Below, one piece after another: positions 7,955 to 15,913 of a stretch of 37,063 nucleotides of DNA. A program made the translations under genes and the position numbers. Source of the DNA: an uncultured Gemmatimonadaceae bacterium. GTDB lineage: Bacteria > Gemmatimonadota > Gemmatimonadetes > Longimicrobiales > RSA9. The first letter of the stretch is position 1. The number at the start of each line of letters is the position of its first letter. Below the pieces are notes generated by a model that did no database searches, was not told the origin of the DNA, and saw nothing but the letters and a program-made list of their open reading frames with translations. The DNA lies in assembly GCA_964465415.1 (NCBI GenBank), contig CAYXJH010000001.1, forward strand, positions 1-37,063, in the 5' to 3' direction.

Positions 7955-8421
7955 GGCGGGGATGGTAAGCCGGCTCGCACACCGAAGCCACGGGCCATGG
8001 CCACCGCCACCAGGACGATCGCCACGACGATGACCACCTGCGCGTAGCTGATCACCGCCAGCCGGCGGGCCGCGCCGGTGTCGAACCGTCGTCCCCGCCC
8101 CAGCCAGATCCCCCACTGGATCAGGATGGCCATGGGCCAGAGCTCCAGCGTGTACAGCAACGCGGCCAACCCCATCTTCAACCAGAACAGGTCGTTGTAC
8201 AGGTAGTATCCCCCGGGCTTCTCCAGTCCGGCGATCGCGCGAACCAGACCCGTCACCAACCAGAGTGACAGCGCCACGATCCACCAGTTGTCCGCCGTGA
8301 ACACCGGCCGGAGCGAACCGCCGCGCGCGTGCGACCGGAGGGCGGACGCACGCATCCAGATCGCGCCCAGTCCGATCCCGAGCGCCAGGAGATGGAACGT
8401 CGCGAACAACCATCGGATCAT
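7951..8421 (-). CDS. DUF2214-family membrane protein
   Basis: FHLLAL, ADNWW, TGLVR....EK...YY..N.LFWLKM and E..P motifs, and C-terminal AVAMARGFG. Confidence 0.8.
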   Translation of the reverse strand: MIRWLFATFHLLALGIGLGAIWMRASALRSHARGGSLRPVFTADNWWIVALSLWLVTGLVRAIAGLEKPGGYYLYNDLFWLKMGLAALLYTLELWPMAILIQWGIWLGRGRRFDTGAARRLAVISYAQVVIVVAIVLVAVAMARGFGVRAGLPSPP

Positions 8422-8607
8422 GGAGAGCGGAACCGTGTATGGGTCGGTCGACATGGCTTCGGCCGCCCACGACGTTGCGCGCGGCCGGGCGTTTCGGCAA
8501 CCATCCCGCCCCGCGTATGACTGACACCGCCCGCGTCTGGTGCGGTCCGCGGCCGGGTGCCATTTTGAGAACCCCGTTAACGAACTGCCGATGGAGGTAT
8601 GACGACT

Positions 8608-10290
8608 ATGCGACGGCATTGGATCGCTGCGATTCTGGGGCTCGCGATGCTAGGCGCGTGCGCGGACCCCGGCGAACGGCAGCAGGCGGTCACGCCGGAG
8701 ACGGTGGGCCCGGCGTTGGAGAGCCTGACGGCGGATCGGCTGCTCGGGCATATCGAGGTGCTGGCCTCGGACGAGTTCGAAGGCCGGCTGCCGGGAACGG
8801 TGGGTGAGGAGAAAACGGTCTCGTATCTCATCGAGCAGTTCCGTGCGCTGGGAATCGAGCCGGGTCATCCGGATGGCGGGTACACGCAGGACGTGACGCT
8901 GGTCGGCGTGCGATCGACGACGACGGGGTCGATCGAGGCGGACGGCCGTTCGCTCCCGCTGCGGTTCCCCGACAACTTCGTGGGCGTGTCGTACAGGGAC
9001 GGGGACCGGGTGGAGGTGAGCGGCTCGGAGCTCGTGTTCGTGGGGTACGGCGTCGAAGCCCCCGAGTACGGGTGGGACGACTTCAAGGGCCAGGACATGA
9101 CGGGCAAGACGCTGGTCATGCTGGTGAACGATCCGCCCGTGGCGCACCCAGGCGACCCGACGGCGTTGGACCCCGACATGTTCAACGGGGAGGCGATGAC
9201 CTATTACGGGCGCTGGACCTACAAGTACGAGATCGGTGCGGCGAAGGGCGCGGACGCGGTGATCATCGTGCACGAGACCGGCCCCGCGGGATACCCCTGG
9301 GATGTGGTGACGGGGAGCTGGGGCGGCGAGAACATGAGCATCCGGACCGATGGCGGCGGCGAGCCCGTTAAGGTCGAGGCCTGGATCACCGACGACTTCG
9401 CCCGTGAGCTCTTCGCCGCCACGGGCCATGACTTCGATGGGTTGAAGGAAGGCGCGCGGACGGCCGACTTCCAGCCGGTCTCGCTCGGGGCGCGGGCGGA
9501 CATCGCGGTGGACATGGTGCGACGCACGCTGGAGTCCCAGAACGTCATCGGAAGGGTGTCCGGCGCCCATCCGGAGCGGGGCGATGAATACGTCATCTAC
9601 GTGGCCCACTGGGACCACCTTGGCCAGGACGGCGACCTGGTATACAACGGGGCGGTGGACAATGCGACGGGAACGTCCGCCCTGCTGGAGATGGCCCGCG
9701 CGTACGCAGCCCTCCCAGCGGCACCCGACCGCACGATCCTTTTCCTGGCGGTCACGGCCGAAGAGCAGGGCCTGCTGGGCGCGCGGCATTACGGCCAGAA
9801 TCCCCTCTACCCGCTGGATCGGACCCTCGCCGTCATCAATATGGACGCGTTCCTCCCGCTGGGTCGCACCGAAGACGTGGTCGTGGTCGGACGCGGCAGC
9901 TCCTCCCTGGAAGACGTCCTCGAGCGCCATGCCGCCTCACAGGGACGCGTGGTCGAGCCGGATGCCGAGCCGGAAAAGGGATTCTTCTACCGGTCCGACC
10001 ACTTCGAGTTCGCCAAGCTCGGCGTGCCCTCCCTCTACATCGACACCGGCACACACGTCCGGGATCGTCCCGAGGGCTGGGGTCTGGCCAAGCGCGAGGA
10101 GTTCAACGTAAACGACTATCACAAGCCCACCGATGAAGTGAAGCCCGACTGGGACCTGTCCGGCCTGGTCGAGGATGTCCAGCTCCTTTTCCTTGTCGGA
10201 TACGACGTGTCCCAGACGCCAGAGTACCCGATCTGGCGGGAGGGCAACGAGTTCAAGGCCAGGCGGGACGAGATGCTCGCCAACCGATGA
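8608..10290 (+). CDS. M28-family metallo-aminopeptidase lipoprotein with PA domain
   Basis: Lipobox LGA|C; LASDEFEGR, AHWDHLG, NGAVDNATG, TAEEQGLLG, NMD, RSDHFEF and YHKPTDE. GGAGG spacing favours ATG 8608 over 8599. Confidence 0.92.
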   Translation: MRRHWIAAILGLAMLGACADPGERQQAVTPETVGPALESLTADRLLGHIEVLASDEFEGRLPGTVGEEKTVSYLIEQFRALGIEPGHPDGGYTQDVTLVGVRSTTTGSIEADGRSLPLRFPDNFVGVSYRDGDRVEVSGSELVFVGYGVEAPEYGWDDFKGQDMTGKTLVMLVNDPPVAHPGDPTALDPDMFNGEAMTYYGRWTYKYEIGAAKGADAVIIVHETGPAGYPWDVVTGSWGGENMSIRTDGGGEPVKVEAWITDDFARELFAATGHDFDGLKEGARTADFQPVSLGARADIAVDMVRRTLESQNVIGRVSGAHPERGDEYVIYVAHWDHLGQDGDLVYNGAVDNATGTSALLEMARAYAALPAAPDRTILFLAVTAEEQGLLGARHYGQNPLYPLDRTLAVINMDAFLPLGRTEDVVVVGRGSSSLEDVLERHAASQGRVVEPDAEPEKGFFYRSDHFEFAKLGVPSLYIDTGTHVRDRPEGWGLAKREEFNVNDYHKPTDEVKPDWDLSGLVEDVQLLFLVGYDVSQTPEYPIWREGNEFKARRDEMLANR

Positions 10291-10315
10291 CACCATTCGA
10301 CATGGACGTCCCCGA

Positions 10316-10345
10316 TTGGCGTTCCCGGGCACGGCCGCGTACCTT
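10316..10345 (+). promoter_or_regulatory. Candidate sigma70-type promoter of the csp gene
   Basis: TTGGCG-N18-TACCTT (TANNNT -10 box) about 145 nt upstream of the csp ATG; identified by eye only. Confidence 0.3.
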
Positions 10346-10490
10346 TCATGGATGACGGACGGTCGGTCGTACCGGCCGACGCCTCGCCTTCATCCAGGTC
10401 GGGTGACCAAACCATTTCGCAGGGGGAGCACGATCTTTGCGGACTGTGATGGGCGAGTATCAGGATACCCCAACCTATCCGGGACAGATC

Positions 10491-10706
10491 ATGGCACGAG
10501 AGACGGGCAAGGTAGCGCGGTTCATGGACGACAAGGGATTCGGATTCATCCAGCCCGACAGGGGCGGCAAGGATGTCTTCGTCCACCACTCAGCGATCGA
10601 GGGCTCCGGCTTCAAGTCGCTGGCCGAAGGTGACCGCGTCGAGTTCGACCTGGTGCAGGACCCCAAGGGTCCGCGGGCCGAGAACGTTCGCAAACTGGAC
10701 GACTAA
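10491..10706 (+). CDS. Cold-shock domain protein (71 aa)
   Basis: RNP1 KGFGFI, RNP2 VFVH, and [16 protein letters not shown]. Confidence 0.95.
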   Translation: MARETGKVARFMDDKGFGFIQPDRGGKDVFVHHSAIEGSGFKSLAEGDRVEFDLVQDPKGPRAENVRKLDD

Positions 10707-10716
10707 CGTCGCTCAT

Positions 10717-10750
10717 GAGGCGGTGGCGGTCTGGCGACCGCCACCGCCTC
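10717..10750 (+). terminator. Strong hairpin downstream of csp (terminator or 3' stabiliser)
   Basis: Perfect 15-bp stem GAGGCGGTGGCGGTC / GACCGCCACCGCCTC with a TGGC loop, 10 nt after the stop; no U-tract. Confidence 0.7.
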
Positions 10751-10818
10751 CCCTCCCGATCGAGGCTGCAGCGCAGGGCGCCGGCCTCGGTTTGTCGTGC
10801 CCACCAATGGCCTGATCC

Positions 10819-12711
10819 GTGAGCCGGTTATACCGCGATGAAGCGCTCGGCGCCGCGGGGGCTCGCGTGCTTCGGCTATGGCGGCCGCTGGTCGGCTGGA
10901 CCGTGCTCGTGTGGGCGGCAATGGCCGTCGCGCTGACGCCGCTCTCCACGGCCCTCCTGGGGTGGCAGCTCCTCCGCGGGCCCCGCGCGGTGGTGGGCAA
11001 CGAGGCGCTGCTCGTGTGGCTGGTGACCCCTCGCGGGGCGGCGTGGGCGCTTCTCGCGGGCGGGTTCGTCCTGATGGGGGCGTTGATCCGCTACGCCGGC
11101 GTCTTCCACATGGTGACGGACGACCTGTGGGGCCGACGTGCGACCGTCCGCCGGACCGCGCTCCACTTCGCGCCGCGCCTTCCATCCCTGTTCAAGCTCT
11201 CGGTGCTGTCGGCGGCGACGGGGGCGATAATGGCGGGCGTGGCGGTGGCCGGGCTTGCTGGGATCCGTTGGCTGCTTCTGGGCGAGTACGACATCAACTA
11301 CTACCTGTCCGAGCGACCGCCGGAGTGGGGTCGGGCGCTGGTATTGGCGGCAACCTGGATCGGGCTGTGGGCGGTGGCCGCCCTGTTCGTGGTAGGGCGG
11401 ACGGTCCTGGCAGTGCCCGCCTATCTCGACGGACACGAGCCGGTCCGGGTGGCGTTTGCCCGAGCACGGGAGCGCGGGCGCGGCCACAAGCCTCGATTGT
11501 TCCGGTTGCTGGCCGTTGCCGCCGCGGCCTGGCTTGGCGTGCGGCTGGTCGTGACAGCCGCGTACCTGGCCGCTGGCGCGGTGCTGATAGAGTGGACGGG
11601 ATCGTTCTTCGCCGTAACGTCGTTGCGGCCTCTCGTAGCGGCGACGGCGGCCTATGGCGCGGGACTGTTCATCGTGGATGCCGCGGTGAACATCGCCGGG
11701 TTCTCGTTTCTGGCGGTGGTCCTTACGAAGTTCTACTACGAGGATACGAATCTACACGACTTGGTCCCGGCGCCACAGCTGCGGGAGGTGCCGTGGCGGG
11801 TCATGCGGCGTGCCCGCCCGTGGCTTCGACCTCGACGTCTGATCCCGGTGGCGGGGGCGGCCGCGGTGGCGAGCGTGGTCGCCGCCGGAGTGCTCCTGGA
11901 TCGGCTCCCGGACGTACGTCCGGTGACGGTCGTTGCCCATCGGGCCGGCCCTCCGCCGGCGCCGGAGAACACCCTGGCGGCGCTGGAGCGGTCCATTGCA
12001 GCGGGAGCGAATTACGCGGAGATCGACGTGCAGCGGACGCGGGATGGCGTGCTGATCGTGGTGCACGACGAGGATCTGATGCGTGTGACGGGGGATCCGC
12101 GACGGGTCGCCACCGTGACATACGCCGATGTGGCACGACTGGTCCAGCCAGGACAGGACGGCAGCCCGGCGGCGGAGCGAAGGGTGGCCACGCTGGACTC
12201 GTTCCTCATGCGAGCCCGCGACCGGATCGGCCTGACCATCGAGCTCAAGTATTATGGCCCGGACCCGGATCTGGCGCGAGCGGTGGTGGAAACGGTCCGC
12301 GCCCACGGAATGGTGGACCAGGTCACGCTCATGTCGCTGGATGCACGGGCGGTGGAGCAGCTTGCCCGGATCGCGCCCGAGTTCCGGATCGGGTACGCGG
12401 CCGCCGCGGCGGTGGGCGACCTGACGCGGCTACCGGTAGGGTTCCTCGCCGTGTCACGCACGCTGGCCACTCCGCGGCTACTCCGATCGGCGACCCAGCG
12501 CGGAGTGGATGTCCACGTCTGGACCGTCAACCGGGCCGACGTGATGGCGGAGCTGATGGAACGAGGCGTGAACGGGCTGATCACCGATGACCCGGCGCTG
12601 GCCGTCCGGGTGAACCGGGAGATGATCGGCATGTCGCCCCCAGCGCGGCTACTGCTGCGGATCCGTCCGATCGCCTGGGACGAGGTCGGCGCGTCCCGAC
12701 CGGATGGCTGA
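10819..12711 (+). CDS. Glycerophosphodiester phosphodiesterase with N-terminal membrane domain
   Basis: Multi-TM N-terminal half. The C-terminal GDPD motifs are AHRAG, PENTLAAL, EIDV, HD, IELK, VWTVN and GLITDDP. Confidence 0.88.
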   Translation: MSRLYRDEALGAAGARVLRLWRPLVGWTVLVWAAMAVALTPLSTALLGWQLLRGPRAVVGNEALLVWLVTPRGAAWALLAGGFVLMGALIRYAGVFHMVTDDLWGRRATVRRTALHFAPRLPSLFKLSVLSAATGAIMAGVAVAGLAGIRWLLLGEYDINYYLSERPPEWGRALVLAATWIGLWAVAALFVVGRTVLAVPAYLDGHEPVRVAFARARERGRGHKPRLFRLLAVAAAAWLGVRLVVTAAYLAAGAVLIEWTGSFFAVTSLRPLVAATAAYGAGLFIVDAAVNIAGFSFLAVVLTKFYYEDTNLHDLVPAPQLREVPWRVMRRARPWLRPRRLIPVAGAAAVASVVAAGVLLDRLPDVRPVTVVAHRAGPPPAPENTLAALERSIAAGANYAEIDVQRTRDGVLIVVHDEDLMRVTGDPRRVATVTYADVARLVQPGQDGSPAAERRVATLDSFLMRARDRIGLTIELKYYGPDPDLARAVVETVRAHGMVDQVTLMSLDARAVEQLARIAPEFRIGYAAAAAVGDLTRLPVGFLAVSRTLATPRLLRSATQRGVDVHVWTVNRADVMAELMERGVNGLITDDPALAVRVNREMIGMSPPARLLLRIRPIAWDEVGASRPDG

Positions 12712-13866
12712 CAGCACCTCCTCCGTGTGCTCGCCGAGTCGTGGCGGCGGCCGGCGCACGGCGGGGCGGCTGCCGTCCCAGCGGACGGGCATGGCCACGT
12801 CCACGTAGCCGGGGATGGTGGCGTCCGGTAGAGGCCGCAACATGCCTGCTGCGCGAACCTGCTCGTCAGCCACGACCTGCGCGACATCGTTGATGGGGGC
12901 GCAAGGGACCGCGGCATGCCGCAGCCTGGACACGAGGGCGCCGACCGTTTCCGTGGCGGTCCGACCAGCCAGCGCGGCCGTGAGGGCCGCACGGTGCGTC
13001 ACCCGGTCCGGGTTGCTCCTGAACCGGCTGTCGGCCGCGACCGCGTCCAGGGCCAGCGCTCCGCACAGTCGCTGGAAGGTGGCGTCATTGCCCGCGGCGA
13101 TCATGACGTACCCGTCGGCCGCCTGGAACGCCTCGTAGGGGGCGATCATGCCCAGGCCGGAGCCTCCCGGGCCCGGCACCGTTCCGCTTCCGATGTAGCC
13201 CTGGATATGGTACGCCATCCAACCGATGGCGGTATCCAGGAGGGATCCGGTCACATGACAGCCTCGCCCGTCGCGTTCGCGCTTTTGGATCGCGGCCATG
13301 ACCGCGATGGCGGTCCACAGCCCCGTACCCATGTCGACCAGCGACGTGCCGGCCCGGGCCGGCTCACCACCGGCTCCGCCGGTGACGGACATGAGCCCCG
13401 CGTACGCCTGCATGAGCGGGTCGTAGCCCGGCTGATCGCGGAGTGGGCCCTCCGAGCCGAACGCGGTAACGGAAACGTAGACTACGGCGGGGTTGATCTC
13501 CTGGATCGCGTCGTAGCCGCAGCCGAGGCGATCCGCGACGCCGTCGCGGAACGCCTGGACGAACACGTCCGCCCGCGCGGCCAGAGCGTTCAGCGCGTCC
13601 CGATCGGCCGTCCGACGGAGGTCCAGCACCACGCTCCGCTTGTTGCGGTTGGCGCACAGGAAGAGCGGGCTCTCACCTCCCTGGAAGGGCGGACCCCAGG
13701 CCCGGGCGGCATCGCCGGCCGGCGGCTCGACCTTGATCACGTCGGCGCCCAGATCCGCCAGGATCTGTGTGGCGAAGGGACCCGCCAGGTTCTGTGACAG
13801 GTCCACGATCCGGATGCCCTCGAGGGGTGCGGGCGGCCGTCCGGCGGCCGCGGAATCGGTGCGCAT
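12649..13866 (-). CDS. CaiB/BaiF family III CoA-transferase
   Basis: PLEGIRIVDLSQNLAGP, LADLGADVIKVEPP.GD, NRNKRS, GYD and PPRLGEHT. Confidence 0.93.
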   Translation of the reverse strand: MRTDSAAAGRPPAPLEGIRIVDLSQNLAGPFATQILADLGADVIKVEPPAGDAARAWGPPFQGGESPLFLCANRNKRSVVLDLRRTADRDALNALAARADVFVQAFRDGVADRLGCGYDAIQEINPAVVYVSVTAFGSEGPLRDQPGYDPLMQAYAGLMSVTGGAGGEPARAGTSLVDMGTGLWTAIAVMAAIQKRERDGRGCHVTGSLLDTAIGWMAYHIQGYIGSGTVPGPGGSGLGMIAPYEAFQAADGYVMIAAGNDATFQRLCGALALDAVAADSRFRSNPDRVTHRAALTAALAGRTATETVGALVSRLRHAAVPCAPINDVAQVVADEQVRAAGMLRPLPDATIPGYVDVAMPVRWDGSRPAVRRPPPRLGEHTEEVLSAIRSGRADLVPGDRTDPQQ

Positions 13867-13944
13867 GCCCGGAGCTTAGCTCTCCGGCGGCCAGGGCACC
13901 ACCATACCTCGCCGTTGTCGGGTCGCGGCTGTAGCTTCGGCGCC

Positions 13945-15264
13945 ATGATGACCCGGATGCGGGATACCCTGGGCCACGCGTTCCGCGCGCTCCGCCGCCG
14001 TAACTACCGGCTGCTCTTCATCGGCCAGTCCATCTCGCTGACGGGCTCCTGGATGCAGCAGCTGGCGTTGAGCTGGCTCGTGTACCGCCTCACCGGGTCG
14101 GCGTTCTTTCTCGGGCTCGTCGCCTTCGCCAGCCAGCTCCCGGCCACGCTCATCTCTCCCCTGGCCGGCGTTCTGGCGGACCGGTGGGACCGGCACCGGA
14201 TTGTCCTCGGCACGCAGGTGCTCGGCATGGCTCAGGCGACAACCATCGCGGTGCTCGTGATCGGCGGGTGGGTCGAGGCGTGGCACATCGTCGCGCTCGC
14301 GGGTCTCCTCGGCATGGTCATGGGCCTGGACATCCCGGCGCGCCAGGCCCTCTTCGTCGACCTGGTGGAGGGGGACAGGGAGGACCTGGCCAACGCCATC
14401 GCCCTCAACTCCTCGCTATTCAATGCAACGCGCCTCATCGGACCCTCGCTGGCGGGATTCTTGATCGCCACCCTGGGCGAGGGGCCGGTCTTCGCCATCA
14501 ACGCGGTGAGCTACCTGGCGGTGCTCGCGGCCCTGGTCGCCATGCGGCTCCAACCCGTCGCCATGCCCGAGGGCGGCGGACCCGTCCTGGACCGGCTCCG
14601 CGAAGGCTTCCGCTATTCCGCGGGGTTCCCGCCCGTGCGCGCCCTTCTGCTGCTCCTCGGGGCGCTGTCGCTCGTGGGGATGCCGTACGTCGTCCTCCTG
14701 CCTGTCTTCGCGGAGGTGGTCCTGGACGGGGGGCCACGCACGCTCGGCCTCCTCATGTCCGCCGCCGGGCTCGGCGCCCTCGGAGGCGCGCTCTGGCTCG
14801 CCGCCCGCCGGACCGTCCGCGGGCTGAGCAAGGTCATCATGCTCTCCGGCGGAGTGTTCGGCGTCGGCCTGATCGCCTTCTCGTTCAGCCGCACGCTGGC
14901 GTTCTCCCTGCCGCTCCTGGTCGTGGCAGGGGCTGGGATGATGATCGTCGCCGCGGCGATCAACACCGTCCTTCAGACGGTCGTACCGACCCACCTCCGC
15001 GGCCGTGTCATGAGCCTCTACGCCATGGCTTTCATGGGTATGGGCACCGTCGGATCCCTGGCGGCGGGCGGTCTGGCGACGATCCTGGGCGCGCCGATGA
15101 CCGTGGGAATCGGCGGCGCCGGCTGCCTGGCCGCCTCCGCCTGGTTCTCTCGTCAGCGGCCGGCGCTACGCTCCCTCGTACGGCCGATATACCAGGACCT
15201 GGGGATCGTTCCCGAAGTGGCCACGGGCCTCCTCACGGCGAGCGAGCTTCGCACGCGGGGGTAG
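13945..15264 (+). CDS. MFS transporter (MFS_3/DUF894-like)
   Basis: About 12 TM segments; ALRRRNYR.LF.GQ.IS..G.WMQ, GVLADR.DR, D.PARQA, NAIALNS..FN..R..GP and LRGRVMS. Confidence 0.9.
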   Translation: MMTRMRDTLGHAFRALRRRNYRLLFIGQSISLTGSWMQQLALSWLVYRLTGSAFFLGLVAFASQLPATLISPLAGVLADRWDRHRIVLGTQVLGMAQATTIAVLVIGGWVEAWHIVALAGLLGMVMGLDIPARQALFVDLVEGDREDLANAIALNSSLFNATRLIGPSLAGFLIATLGEGPVFAINAVSYLAVLAALVAMRLQPVAMPEGGGPVLDRLREGFRYSAGFPPVRALLLLLGALSLVGMPYVVLLPVFAEVVLDGGPRTLGLLMSAAGLGALGGALWLAARRTVRGLSKVIMLSGGVFGVGLIAFSFSRTLAFSLPLLVVAGAGMMIVAAAINTVLQTVVPTHLRGRVMSLYAMAFMGMGTVGSLAAGGLATILGAPMTVGIGGAGCLAASAWFSRQRPALRSLVRPIYQDLGIVPEVATGLLTASELRTRG

Positions 15265-15436
15265 TCGGCGGGACGACTTCGACTTCGACTTCGAACGGCG
15301 GCAGGGGGGCCACCGCCCGCGGCGAGCAGCGCGAGCCCGGCCCTGATTCCGCAGAAACCGGTGCTTGATGCGCGGCGCCGCTCGCGTCCCCCACTTTCGC
15401 CGCGCGAAGTCGAAGTCGATGTCGAAGTCGTGCCGA
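15265..15436. repeat. Intergenic inverted repeat with (GACTTC)n arms between convergent genes
   Basis: Left arm ACGACTTC GACTTC GACTTC G (15273-15293); right arm C GAAGTC GAAGTC GATGTC GAAGTC GT (15405-15431). Outer TCGGC/GCCGA and inner CGGCG/CGCCG also pair. Confidence 0.8.
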
Positions 15437-15438
15437 GC

Positions 15439-15780
15439 CTAGTCGATCCCACCCGCCGGGTCGTCATCGTCACGGATCATTACGAGCATCATCTTGAACG
15501 GTCGGCGCGCGTCCAACGCGTGCGGAACCCGTGCCGGCAGCGTGATGGTCTCCCCCTCGGCGACCGCGTGCTCCTGGCCGCCGACGCGGATCGCCGCCTC
15601 GCCGTCGAGGACCACGACCAGCGCGTCATAGGGCGATGTGTGCTCGGTAAGCCCCTCCCCCGCGGCGAACGCGAACAGCGTGACGTTCCCTCGCTTCCGT
15701 CCCAGGATCTTCCGACTCACGACCGATCCTTCCTGGTACGAGACCTGGTCGGCCAACACTGCAACCTGCACGTGGCTCAT
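15439..15780 (-). CDS. Cupin domain protein (113 aa)
   Basis: VSYQEGSVVS, VTLFAF.AGEGLTEHTSPYDA and PARVPHAL; GGAGG RBS before ATG 15780. Confidence 0.9.
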   Translation of the reverse strand: MSHVQVAVLADQVSYQEGSVVSRKILGRKRGNVTLFAFAAGEGLTEHTSPYDALVVVLDGEAAIRVGGQEHAVAEGETITLPARVPHALDARRPFKMMLVMIRDDDDPAGGID

Positions 15781-15913
15781 CGCCTCCGCCTCCGGAAAAG
15801 GCCGTATCGCCGGCATCGGCCTCATGATAATGTGCCGGGCCCCGGTCGGCACGGGCGTACCGACCGTCCGGGGGGCGGGAACACCCTCATTGCCTCCGTC
15901 CTTCCAGGGGTCC

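Noticed and set aside
7955-8563. 454-aa ORF or a frameshift joining the two membrane genes
   Set aside because: The upstream part is the off-frame shadow of DUF2214; a simple ATGA overlap explains both genes.
15265-15436. CRISPR array interpretation of the repeats
   Set aside because: The units are 6-mers in inverted arrangement, with no repeat-spacer periodicity and no cas genes.
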